The notes beneath the pieces were generated by a model that saw only the letters and a list, made by a program, of their open reading frames with translations, had not been told where the DNA came from and searched no databases. DNA of 63,801 nucleotides, from contig NC_068992.1 in assembly GCF_001194135.2 (NCBI RefSeq), positions 935,951-999,751 of the forward strand, given 5' to 3'. Below, one piece after another: positions 1 through 13,611 of the stretch. A program made the translations under genes and the position numbers. The stretch is from Octopus bimaculoides (Eukaryota). The number at the start of each line of letters is the position of its first letter. Position 1 is the first letter of the stretch.

Positions 1-38
<38 letters not shown>

Positions 39-1324
39 CATATATGTAAACAGAAATAAAGCAAAGGCTGGAGATTTTCAGACGATGAATATTTAAGTAT
101 AAATATATAGAGAGTAATTGATTAAACTTACACAGAGTACAAACGACCAAGAAAATTAAAGGGGAGCAGGTAAGTTGTTATAAGTCCAGCAGGTGTTTCT
201 GGGCACTCGGATATCAATCGTAATGTTGGTGGATGTAATCCAACAAAATATCAAATTCAGCAACGGAGGTAAATAAACATGGGATAAGTCGAGCCTTCGT
301 CTCTCGGGTAGGAAAATTATCACATTTCAGAACATGATGCAGAGTAACTGAAAGGTGGAATGTATAGACCTGAAGAGCAAGCATTTATGCTAACGTATCT
401 TAATTTGGTTACTAATAAATGTTTCCATACCTTCTTTGGTGATTGTCTCACCTTCTTGTAGGTCAACCCTCAACAAATGGAATTCATTCGGCATGAATGT
501 AAACATAAATATATTTCCATTCTACTGTTCATCATTTGAGAAAAGGAAGCCTCGCAGGATTAATTATATTATTGATTAAATCCTTCCAGACTAGAGGAAA
601 TCAATGGAACATTAAGAGGTCGTAATTACACCTTCGAAAAACCTAATCTTTAACAATAAGAACTATCTTATTTATATTATATTTAGTTACCTTATCTTAC
701 AAATTGTAAAGTAGAATTGAAACTTGCGAAGTATAAAATAATATATTTATTTATTGAAACGCTATTAGAAGAAATCGTACATAACACTATCAAGATAGAA
801 TGATAGAAATACATGATCAGAAGTAAGAAGCTGAAAAACGCGGAGTTTTTGACTCGGCAAGCTCGGCTGAACTTTTACACTTCTCAGACCAACACTACTA
901 AGACTGAAAATGACGAAGTGAAATTATGACGTGAAGAATCTTCAGATGACAACATTTCTTTATGCCCATTACTATATTTATATGCAGTGGCATCTCTCCA
1001 TTCTTTTCAGATTCCTCAATTTAACGACCTTCCTATAGAAAGAACTGGGATGCAGCATTTCAGCTAGTAGTTATGAATCCGTATCGATCAATCCGTCTAT
1101 ATATATATATATATATACATAAATATATACGTGTGCATAGACACACATGCACACGTATATAATTAATGAAGAATGATACCGGACAAGGTCTTTGTACTCG
1201 TAGACCATCTGAAGAGTCATTCCAAGTATTACCGTTTAACCATTGCCACCAATCATGGCCGAGTGCATTTTAGGGGCCGGATTTAATTATGTGGAGTATT
1301 GCGTAAAAGTAAGGATCGACAACT

Positions 1325-1334
1325 AGTAGTAGTG

Positions 1335-1381
<47 letters not shown>

Positions 1382-1391
1382 CGTGGTGGTG

Positions 1392-1441
<50 letters not shown>
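1325..1441. repeat. Compound (GTA)n/(GTG)n microsatellite
   Basis: Seen directly. Confidence 0.95.
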
Positions 1442-3255
1442 TATTCCCTTTTAGGTGTCTATCTTCACATGTCTTTTGTGTAAAAAGATAACATTTTGTT
1501 TTCTCGAGTACTAAGTTTGATCAATATATATGTAGAAAAAGGGTTTATGTAATAGTAGCAACTTCAATACAGTTTTTTTGACTTAATAAAACACATATTT
1601 TGTATAAGACTCTAACATACCTACGACATAAGTTTCGACTGAGAAAAAAAAACAGAAAATATTTCGTCACAAAAGTACTCATGCTTTGTAAATGGATTTT
1701 AGTAAATCCGTTGTTTAGTAAAGTAACGTGTAGTAAAACTGGTGCGACACCTAAGTGGTTAATCCTAACATCTACGCATATAAAACTTCAGAACTTGTAG
1801 TTTAATGGAAGCATTGTGGTTTCAGCATTAAAATAAGGTAATAAAAACAAGCTAACAGTGGTAAGTTCCAGAAAATGGAGTTTATGTGCTATTTCGGCAT
1901 TAATTACTGTTTATCACGCAGTAATAAAGCAAAATATAAACAACACCAACGTAGTTAGGGCGGGCAAATCGACATATTATATTGCAAGGTTATGTGCGTT
2001 CATTATTCAAGCTATACAATAGATACAATAGAGAATGGAGAACGTACAAGCTTATAGTTTCAAGATCTTTTTGCAGTCCTTGAAACTCTATTCGTCTTGG
2101 TATATTAATATGCAAATTGATGTAAAAGGAACGTTTTAAATTCTATTTCCTCATAACAATAGATCTTGATACAGCACAGTACCAGACACGTGGATGCTTA
2201 GCTAGACACCTGCTCATGAGTGAATAACCAGGGCTAGCATTGCATTGGAAAACGTCTAGATTATATGTGTGCGTGTGTGTTATCTACACTAATCTCCATG
2301 TTTATTGCGTCTGAAAGAAGCACCGAAAATGTGTGAAGAGAACAATTACTGAAAACATTTTAGAAATTGTGAGTTAGGTAAAATAAAATTCATGAGGTGA
2401 ATCCTGATCTCTTTCTCCTTCTGCCTGAGGAAAAAGAAATCTCATTTTTCATTGTTACTTCCCAACAAATTTGGTTTAAATATGTGTCATGTAAGAGACA
2501 ACGATCTCATTAAGGATGAGCATAGTTCAGTTCCTGTGACGATTACGCGGCTGAGAGTATATGACCGCCTCACAGGATAATAGTCTGTCCTAGGTCAAGT
2601 GGGCCTACCGAAACGCTGCCGATACCCCTTTTCAGCTGACCGGACTGAGGCAGTTTGAAGAGAGTCACATTACTGATGACTAGAGCGCATCTAGAAAGAA
2701 ACCTACCAGCTGTGGATCGTAGAAACTACGCACGCACACTATTACACCACAAGCTCTCTTCACATATGCACGCGCATGTACGCATATATACGCCTACAAT
2801 ACATGTGTGGGTGTCCGTATCTATGCGTGTTAGTGAGTGTGTGTGTGTGTGGTTGTGTGAGTATGTGTGCGTGAGCGCTCGTGTGTGTAAGCATGTATAA
2901 TGCACTAAAATGTTTAATGTTTCCAGGATAATCAGCAATCTGTTTTATCAAAGGATATAAATTCGCGCATTTATTTCGAACAATTAGAAAGCTTATACTG
3001 AAATCCATGTACATCTATTTAGAATAAAAGACAGATCAGACGGTTAGTCATTAAACGTTGCTAGAAATAACACGCAAACATTGATGATTTCGTTTTTAAA
3101 CAACACGATTCATCAAATATCACTAATTTGGTAAACACTCCCTTGCATAAAATAAATATATTAATAAAAGTAGGTAAAATGGTTTTTAGTTGTTAATTTT
3201 AAATCTATTATATGAAGAGTGATCAATAATAATCGATAAGATGATAAGAGTAATA

Positions 3256-3257
3256 AG

Positions 3258-3313
<56 letters not shown>

Positions 3314-3336
3314 AAATAATGATAATGATAATAATA

Positions 3337-3367
<31 letters not shown>

Positions 3368-3368
3368 C

Positions 3369-3400
<32 letters not shown>
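3256..3400. repeat. Compound (CTA)n-(ATA)n-(ATG)n-(AAT)n microsatellite
   Basis: Seen directly. Confidence 0.95.
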
Positions 3401-3402
<2 letters not shown>

Positions 3403-3403
<1 letters not shown>

Positions 3404-3584
3404 GACAGAGAAAAATCCCAGCAATGGTTGAGAAGCTCAGGACTCAAAGCAGGGAGTGAAGGATTTTTAATTACTGCACAAGACCAAAGCTTCCCCACCA
3501 GAAATTACCAAAAACATATAATGAAAAGAAACATAACAAGTAACTGTAGAATATGTGGCGATGGACAAGAAACAATAAATCATA
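3403..3584 (+). mobile_element. R4/Dong-type LINE fragment (zinc-knuckle region)
   Basis: SSGLKAGSEGFLITAQDQSFPTRNY...CRICGDGQETINH matches the AQDQ/CxxC...H region upstream of the RLE domain. Confidence 0.85.
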
Positions 3585-3907
3585 TGACGGATGGAACGTG
3601 CGATGCGAAGAAATGCTGATAGGTGAACATTTACTTTAGTTTATTGCACAGATTGACAATCATTGTCTCCTGGATAAAGAAAGTGTAAGTTTACGTCGGC
3701 GATATTTGAAACTAGAATATACAGAGTAAATCTATCTAAAGACGTCCACTGGTCAGTAAATTATGGTACTATATTTACTACATCACGAAAAAGAGACAAA
3801 GATGGGAACACTACGGTACCTATAACACAACTATTTATCGTAAACAAATAATGAATCAGTTTCAAACACGTATGCAGGCACACATGCAGTCAAACACATA
3901 TAAAATA

Positions 3908-3963
<56 letters not shown>

Positions 3964-4279
3964 NNNNNNNNNNNNNNNNNNNNNNNNNNNNNNNNNNNNN
4001 NNNNNNNNNNNNNNNNNNNNNNNNNNNNNNNNNNNNNNNNNNNNNNNNNNNNNNNNNNNNNNNNNNNNNNNNNNNNNNNNNNNNNNNNNNNNNNNNNNNN
4101 NNNNNNNNNNNNNNNNNNNNNNNNNNNNNNNNNNNNNNNNNNNNNNNNNNNNNNNNNNNNNNNNNNNNNNNNNNNNNNNNNNNNNNNNNNNNNNNNNNNN
4201 NNNNNNNNNNNNNNNNNNNNNNNNNNNNNNNNNNNNNNNNNNNNNNNNNNNNNNNNNNNNNNNNNNNNNNNNNNNNNNN

Positions 4280-4313
<34 letters not shown>

Positions 4314-5047
4314 TGTGTGTGTGCGTGTTTGTGTGTATTTATATGTATATATATGTGTATGTGTATGTGTATGTGTGTGTCTATATATATGTGTATTTGC
4401 ATCCATATATTTTTTTGTGTGTCTATACGTTAGAATGATAATATACAATGTCTCACATGCAGACAAAAACAACATTACTAGAACTAAACAGAATAAGACC
4501 AAATATATTTATTGTGATTGCGATGATTCTAACGATGGTGATGGCACTTACGCCAATGCACTTACGGATGAAAACTATTAAAATAAATATTGTCAATTAT
4601 ATGAAACCCTGTATAACGTCAGACGTATATTCACACCCACTCAAAATTGAAACTACTGTTAAAATGAAACCGAAAGCACGAGATACATTTATACTCTATT
4701 ACGAATTTGATACATGCGATTCTTTGTACAGTATGTGTGCTTATTGTTCGTGTATATAAACGTTGCCAAAATGTGGGAAAATGCGCCTTTATAAACACAT
4801 GTACGATTGAGACATTTTTGAAATGCCTTCTTTACTATTCTCCCGCTATCTCTTTCTGTCTCTTATTCTCCATCTCTTTTATTCATTACACGCACACACA
4901 TGCATGCATACAGACACACACACACCACACACATGTACATGGCTGTGTGTGTGTGCGCATTTAGATATATATGCATACATATATATATATATATATATTA
5001 TATATAGAGAGAGATAAATGAATAAATGGATACATAGNNNNNNNNNN

Positions 5048-5091
<44 letters not shown>

Positions 5092-6021
5092 ATATATATA
5101 TATTATATATAGAGAGAGATAAATGAATAAATGGATACATAGAGGCATGTATGCGTGTATGTGTGAATGTGTGAGTATCACTGCATGTGGGCTTGGGAAT
5201 GCATGTATGCAAGCCTGTATTGCCCAAATCTGGGAAAATACCCGTTTCAAAACATATGCATAATTACAAAGATTTTAAAACATTCTTTTACTCGTAATTT
5301 TGTTCTCTTTCTTCTTTCTTCCCATTTTTGTCTTTGGTTGAGAATATATACGTAGATGCATATATAAATATACATCCATACGCGTATATATGCATACATA
5401 TATACATCTATATATATACACATGCATACATATACACATATGAGCTTTGATTCATATCCAAACACACAAACACACACACACACACACACACACTCACCAC
5501 CCACACAAACACTCGCGCACACACGCAAACACGCAAACAAGCATATACATCAATGTTTCTATATTTCTCCCTTAAATTCAAAAAACATATTTCAAGCTTT
5601 AAAAAATTCACTGCGACTGAAGTTTGACGTTCATTAGTAAATATACTAAGGGATTGCTGTAGCTATATGCACTTTTATATATAGATACATACATACGTAC
5701 ATACAAACGTACGTACGTGTGTGTGTTAGTGTGTGCATGAGCGTGTGTATTATAGATCTGTTTATTCGTGAGTGTGTACACGACATAGAATTAATCATGG
5801 CAAACATGTAAACCAAAATAGTATCGAAATAATAGCATATTCGATAACACCTCTTGTATATAGAATCTCACATTATAATATTTACTCAACAATAGATTCA
5901 ATTGTAATTTCATCCTCCGTTTACTATTCACAGTTTTAATCTTAACCTTTTATGAATTGCCGTTTGTTTGAGTTTGAGTCTTTACCTGTTTTTTGTTTTT
6001 GTTTTTGACATTCGCTTGAAA

Positions 6022-6232
6022 ATTGGTTTCAAATTTTGGCACAAGGCAAACTAGTTCGGAGTAAGGAATAAATCGATTACATCTCCTGCAGTGTTCAATT
6101 GGTACTTATTTTATCGACCTCGAAAGGATGAGATGCAAAGTCAACGTCGTCTGAATTTGAACGTAAAGACGAACAGAACGCTACAAAATATTTTGCCAGG
6201 CGTGCTAACGATTATCTCAGGTCACCACCTTA
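6022..6232 (-). mobile_element. tRNA-derived SINE, family A
   Basis: Reverse complement of the shared head and core (ggcgagctggcagaatcgttagcacgcc...gttcaaatt...gtcgataa.ataagtacca) seen in at least 10 copies here. Confidence 0.85.
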
Positions 6233-9200
6233 CATTTTTTCTTGAATATTACTCACAGTTCATTAGCACATTCGGGGTTCTTTATCGAGCTAAATATCTC
6301 AGAACATTAACTACACTTGCATTTAATTTTCTCTGGAAAAATGGCTCTTATATTCTTTCGTTAAAATTTTATTGACAGATATTTTCTTTCGCATGTAATT
6401 CGTGGTTAACACTCTTAATAATATCGTTGCTATTTCCCATCCTAATATGAAATAGAAATATCCAGAAGCAACGCTTTTTTAAAACGTGTATGAGGATATA
6501 AGTATATGGTACAATAAAACTATATTTGACTTAGAAACCACTTGCACGTATCAAAAGTTACAAAGAGACATGTCTAGCACAAGGGAAATAACAACTTAAG
6601 ACTTTCTTATATGAATTACCCTTCCTACTCTGTGTATTTTGTCTCTCATTCCATATAAGAAACAGTATGAAGCCTGGTAAGTTCACGTATAATCACATGT
6701 AGCTATATACGAAGCGGGGACATATTGCCAACATTCTAAAGTACCTTCAAGTGGAACGCTTGATAATTGCGCTGTATTGAAATCAATCTTACTGTTGTAT
6801 AACCCTAGAGGAAGGTTTACGTAATGGATACATTTCCTATTATACACTATGTCACCCCGAACAGTACGTTTTAATGACATCGAAATGATACTATTTGGTT
6901 TGCCGTCATTATTATGATATATAGATTTCACTGCTTCTAACTTTGAATATCATACAGTAGTTTAGCAAACTCTTTTTATTCAGAAAAGGAGAATGGATCC
7001 AGAAAAATGGCATGAGTTGTTTTCTGAAAAGAATCAGATTTGTAATTATTTTAATTTAATTATTTATATCTAGTTTATAACATATCATATCACATGCATG
7101 AAGAATGGTAATACATCCAAGTAAAAATTTGAAAATATAAATTAATAACTTCAAAATGCATAATATTTGCATACACATGCATACCATATATATTTTTCTC
7201 TCAGCAGAAAAGACGTCTTCGAAAGATTTTACATTATTATAACAGACTTGCTTTTTATTAATTTGTTTATAAGATGTTGTATCAAAAGCACGCTTCTTTT
7301 CTTACCTTTTTGTACTTCCCACTGATTATCCTCTGGCATCTAAGTTAATACATATATTAATTTGAATGTGCATGCTAGTTTTTCAGTTTGGCATACGAAT
7401 GTATTTCAATATATTGACTTTACTGGAAGCTGGAAGAAATTAAACCCACAAAATATCGTGTCGTAGACTACGGTTGAAGGAAATTCGTTAGCTAGAAAAT
7501 GGGGGTCTTGTGGGTTGCAAGTATTCACCATAACAGTATTGCTGGGCAAGACAAGTGCAATAATTCTTATGTTGCTTTCAGTTGTTCCACATTATAATAT
7601 CTATGAATTTGAGGGTTAAGATTTAATACTTTCACAGACATGACAGAGATTCATCGATAATATATGAATTTTGATCCTTTTATTCACGATGCATGTTATA
7701 ACACTTTATGTGATAAGCTGAGGGGAAGGAAATAACACATTTATTCCGCTGTTTTACTTGCTTTTAGCGAACTGATTGAAATATTTTCTCCCACAGCAAT
7801 CTCCCATGTCATATGATGCTATTTAGAAACAATGCTTTTATGAATTAACTGTTTATAGGATTTGAATGTGTCCATAATTATATTGTAAGCTTCAAATTAA
7901 AAGGCATATATTTTTTAACCAGAAATAGATATATTTGTTTTAAATTAGAAAGGGAAGGAAAGAAAAAAAGAAAGAAAGAAAGAAACTGAGCAGAAAGAAC
8001 ATGGAAGATGATAAAGAGCAAATTCATTTTTAGAGAATATATTTTCTATTTAACATAACGAATGGTTTCTTCCTTATATGACAAATATTACATAGAATGT
8101 TTGCAATGAATTTCGATCACAAGTTGAACAAATGTATGCTCCTTATTTCTTCGTTGTTTATATTTTTAGGTAAGAGGAAATGTACGTTCTATTTGTAGGG
8201 AGAATATATATGAATTAAACATAGTTGGAATTTCAAACGTAATGTAGTAAAATAGATGTAAAATAATATTTCGTATAAAGAGTATTAAAGAGAAATACTC
8301 CCCAACGGGAACTCGACGTTTCAAACATAGATCAGTATAATATTTTGTATTGCATAATTAATTATGATTAGCCGCAAGTCAACACAGTGCCTACACGCAT
8401 TATAAATGTATAAATGTTATATAATCCATGCTGAGAATTTAGGTTGATATCTTAAGTCTTAAAAGTTGAATATTTGGTATTGGAATGAATACCTTCATAT
8501 TAATTAAGTCTTAGAATAAAGGTATATTTCTACAGGAATATTTATTCATAAATTTTGGCTTTATAAAAAAGCATTATTTGTGCATTCCTTTCCCTCAGAT
8601 TTTGTATCATCTGCAAACTCTTCGGAGCAGTTTGCGTTAGAAAACAGGCTGTCAAACCAAACTGTCACCATCTGCTTCAACGTATCGATCGCAGTGCCAG
8701 TTTATAAGCGTGCAGCATCATCTCCACACACCATGAATAAACACACTGAAGGAAACAAAGAAACAACGTTTCTAACTCACATAACGAACTCTATCAATGA
8801 CAGGTTTAGATGATGCAGACAAACACACGAAGCACACAAACAAACATTCAATGCCTCGACTTCATCTCGCATATTTTTGTGTGAGTTTGTGTGTGAGTGT
8901 GTTTTATTTATGTAATGTATCCCGATTTTCAACTTGTTATTTGCATGTTCATGTATTCATACACACATTTGCATGTTCATATATTTATACACACATTGGC
9001 ACATGTATACATTCACGCATACACACATACGTCCACCCACACACAGAAACCTATATACATACGTATGCAGAATGAAAGAGAGAGGAGGGGATAGAGAGAA
9101 AGGGAGAGAGAGACAAAGACAAAGACATAGAGAAAGAGAGATGGATATAAAGAATGAAAGAGAGAGTGAGAGAGATATAAGAGGGAGAGAGAGTGAAACA

Positions 9201-10125
9201 CAGAGAATGAGAAATATATATTGTGCCTCACGCACACATAATTTTAATCATTAGGATTTTGGCGTCACGCGAACTGCCATATATCCTTCATTTATTTCAA
9301 TGATCTGTGTGCAGTTCCACGTCGTTAGAGGCGCACATCTATCGAGATAATGACTCCCTGCAATAGATGCTGCGTTATTTATTTATCAGCAGAGTGACCT
9401 CAATTCGTTATCTCGTTGTTAGCAAAATTGCTACAGTTGGAGAAAATTATGAATATCGCGTCAAAAGAACTCCCATCGAAGAATATAGAATGAATTCTAT
9501 TAGTGAAAATCTTAGATTTCGAGATACACATTTTACCATGATAAACAAATGAATCATTCGCTTTCTGAAGAGAAAACCTATTGTGACCTAACACTTTTAT
9601 TATGTGAATATAAATATGGATAATTTTTGGAAAACTAGTTCATCGCAGTCATCACATTAGAACTAACTCAACTCTGCCACCTAGAAATGACCTAGATTGC
9701 TGGGTATCTAATTGTATATTTGCATTTCAGTATCTCATATATTATTTGTTTCCTATAGGCGTTACACGAAATGCGAGGTAAAAGAATTTACAGAGGCAGC
9801 ATTAGCTGAGTTTCCTGAGAAACAAACAAAATGTTGATCGATTCCATCACTGAAACTGAGGCCATCAATGCAGCGTAAAGTATATTTGGACAATTTAATG
9901 AAATGCCAATTTATTTGGTTTGTTGGTTCTCTAGTGTTACTGCTTAAAATTATCGGAGAAACTTCTGAAGAGTGCGTTTATATATGGCGCTTGCAACCTT
10001 TCATTTAATATATATGATTTAACTCTGCATTACTTACACAAATGTAAAAAGAGAAGTAATTTGCTGGTTGGCCGAGACCATGATGCAGATTCAGTCCCCT
10101 TCTAAATCGCTTTCCATCATTTATA

Positions 10126-10310
10126 ATATGGGTTTCAACTTTCGGCACGGGGCCAGCATTTTCGGGGTTGGGGTACTTATTTTTTCGACCCTGAAAGTAT
10201 GAAAGGCAAAGTCAACCCCGGCCAAATTTGGACTCAGAACGTAAACACGGACTAAAAGCCGCTAAGCATTTTTTCCGGCCGTGCCAATCATTCTTCCAGT
10301 TTGCTGCCTT
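10126..10310 (-). mobile_element. SINE family A
   Basis: cgaccctgaaagtatgaaaggcaaagtcaaccccggcc...ctcagaacgtaaa. Confidence 0.85.
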
Positions 10311-11698
10311 CCGTCTGTTATAATTTCAATGCGAAATATATAAACATTACAATGTAACATTTGAAGTTCTACTAAATAAGAGTGCATTTTCTCTTCATCC
10401 AAATCAAACTTGTATTAGGTGTTTGAATGTCAAACTGAACGATCAACGTTATTATCGATTATAATTTACCAGTATCGGTATTCGTTTATTCAAACAATAA
10501 TATTTATCTTGCTCGTTCAATGGCAGGTTATAATATTTATGTTTCTTTTTCTCTAATGAAGCCTGCAAACGTGTCCTTAGTAATTTCAACGAAGAGCTTT
10601 TCTAAATATTATTCCTTGTAACGTTTTAGTTTAATATTTTCAGTTAAGAAAACACCAGCTATTTATAGAGTCTCCCAGTTGCATGTGGTACTAAGTTGTA
10701 TGTAAACACCAGTGGCTTATTTACCAATGAGCAGACTGGCTAACCAAAAGTTAAATTTCATCTCAATAGGCATTCTGTAGCAAAACCATCCATTTGAGAC
10801 ATTGACCTTTTCTATGCGAACATTCGTAAGCCAACATTCTATTGATTTTCCCAGATTTTCTCTGAACCTCCATAAAACGCGAAAAATATCGAATTACTGT
10901 TGAGTTCAAATATATTTGAATAAAAGGGCATGATATCGGAACATTAAGTCCGAGGAAATTTTATTTTAAGCTATCTTAGCTATTCGATGGCAAATAACAG
11001 AAAGATTATACCACTTTGACCTTTGTAAAACTGTGGTGATATTATAATATGTCATATATGCAATTCGTGCATTACTTCACTGAAGTAACAATTAGGAATG
11101 ATAAAATGTATATTTGGTAACCTCTCTGAATGATAGTATTTCGAAAGATCGTTTGATTTATTTACTTATTACTCTTAACAACATGACACGACCAACGTCT
11201 ACAATAAATCTTCTCTACTTCAAGATTTGTATAATTCGCTGAAGAAGCGTAAATGCTGTATATTGATAAATTTAATATTAAGATTTAAACTATTGAACAT
11301 TGTACACACACTTATTACTAAATAAAGACAAACACAAGCATGCGCAGACACAAACACATACACACATGCATAAATAAACACACATTTTTGTGTAGACACA
11401 GATACGAGGGAATATCTATGAAGATCGATTAACAATCAACATAGTATCAAAGACCAGTGTCTTCGGTGTATAGCCTCAGGTCTACATAGGACTTGTGAGC
11501 GAAAGAGGATCGACGGAAAGAGTGCTTAAGTTCTTCAGATGAATTGTCTCTGGAGTTCGAAAGACCAAATTTGTTACACTGTGTCACTAATTCTGCCTGT
11601 ATTTCATTAATCGAACACCGGTACGCAGATATTCAAAACATTACACGCTAATTCAGCCAAAGGATCTATTTATTAATATGTATGAACGCAACCACACT

Positions 11699-11701
<3 letters not shown>

Positions 11702-11739
<38 letters not shown>

Positions 11740-11756
11740 ATATATGTATGTATGTA

Positions 11757-11833
<77 letters not shown>

Positions 11834-11850
11834 GAGAGTGTGTGTTTGTG
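11702..11850. repeat. (CA)n/(GT)n/(GA)n compound microsatellite, representative of many similar tracts (e.g. 3911-3963, 13340-13660, 18545-18800, 21000-21060, 22140-22220, 29820-29885, 42000-42160)
   Basis: Seen directly; such tracts generate most of the low-complexity ORFs in the track. Confidence 0.95.
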
Positions 11851-12353
11851 TGTTTATGAATGTATAGTGTAGATATTATGCGTACAGTTAAATTGACAAC
11901 TGCTACCGTTGAATTTAGAGCTCTACGCAAAATACTATCCACCAGTCTGCTGCATATCACCGTAGAATATTATCGTTCCGTATAGAGCTTAGATTAGAAT
12001 TAATATTGGTAGTATTACTGTTTATGATATGCAGAGCAAACATAAGAGAAATCATAATAAATATAAGTTTATATCATGTAGTTCCTATGTACGTTTCGCT
12101 GTTGTGATTATTAGGTATTTCTGCATCAGGTCATCAGAGAAATACTATTGTATTATGTTACAGAAATGTTATCCTTTGTGGTTAGGCTTTAAATTGCACT
12201 TGGAACATCCAATGTAGAAGATCCCAAAAGCCTGTAACATGTGTAGAGAACACACTTATGAACGTGTGCTTATCATAAGGTCTCCCCCTCTCACACATCT
12301 TGGAGATCAAAACAGACAAATGTGCCAATGTTTCATTTCTTTTTGTCAGGTGA

Positions 12354-12572
12354 AAGGCCGTGGTCTGGTAGAATCGTTAGCACGCCGGACGAAATGCTTA
12401 GCGGTATTTCGTCCATTTTTGTGCTCTGAATTCAAATTCAGCCAAGGTCGACTTTGGCTTTTAACCTTTCGTGGTCGATAAGATAAGCACCAGATAAGCT
12501 CTGGGAGCGATTTATTCGACTTCGCCCCTCCCACAAACCTGGTGGCTTTGTGCCAGCATTTTAAACCAATAT
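12354..12572 (+). mobile_element. SINE family A
   Basis: ctggtagaatcgttagcacgccggacgaaatgcttagcggtatttcg... Confidence 0.9.
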
Positions 12573-13345
12573 TAGCTTCGCTACTGCAAACATGGTCAAT
12601 ATAAGATGAACCTGAGAATCTGAGCAAAACATTTCTTTGACACAGAACCAGATACATGCTGGCTATAACGATAATAGCCGAAGGAGTCATATCTGGAGAA
12701 ATATCCAAACACAAGGACAACTCATTGACTCATACTATTTCCAAAGTCTTCATAGAGACCCAAATGGATACGATCACTAATTATATGACACAGCTTTCTA
12801 TTTACATTTATACGCATCTAAATGTATACAAACGATAAATTCCCCTACAGTAAATGGAATATTATTCATCATGAACACGGTGTCACCAATTCTATCTTAG
12901 CTAGAGACTACCTATAGCCCACCAGTCGGCAGTATCCATCAACAGAAATGAGTTATCTTATTGTTGCCGTCAGACGTACACTCAGTTATTGGAATTGAAA
13001 GCCATGGCAGCAGACAATCCAAATATATCACCCTAGACCTAGCTGACCCCGACTCAACCTGAAAGTATTTAATTCCTTCTGTCTGTACAGATTTTAGCTC
13101 ACCTCTCTTATTCACCCATCCTCAAGTGTAAATCCAAACGCCTTAGAATTTGGTTTCTTCAACTCAAAAACAACTGTCACTAATATTGAGCAATGACTGA
13201 GTCACTGACTCACCTACCATGTACAGTACTCAATACAATCAGCGGGTATCACTTGGGCCTAAAAATAATGAGATGTACGTGACCTAGGAACCCAAGAAAC
13301 TTTAAATCATATGGAGCCGAGTTAAACTCCTTTTGGCTTACACAT

Positions 13346-13409
<64 letters not shown>

Positions 13410-13579
13410 NNNNNNNNNNNNNNNNNNNNNNNNNNNNNNNNNNNNNNNNNNNNNNNNNNNNNNNNNNNNNNNNNNNNNNNNNNNNNNNNNNNNNNNNNNN
13501 NNNNNNNNNNNNNNNNNNNNNNNNNNNNNNNNNNNNNNNNNNNNNNNNNNNNNNNNNATATATATATATATATATAGAT

Positions 13580-13611
<32 letters not shown>

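Noticed and set aside
369-396. Degenerate hammerhead-like strings (ctgaagagc...gctaacg here; also 8315-8335 and ~24975-24997 on the minus strand)
   Set aside because: The GAAA, the CUGANGA core or stem II is missing, so these are at best dead relics.
4970-5142. ~60-bp direct repeat on both sides of a 10-N gap (similarly taccgaaag around 55944-55953)
   Set aside because: This is the typical unmerged contig-overlap artefact.
12600-13250. Coding-looking stretch, possibly a Gypsy RNaseH/integrase relic
   Set aside because: No motif could be read convincingly.
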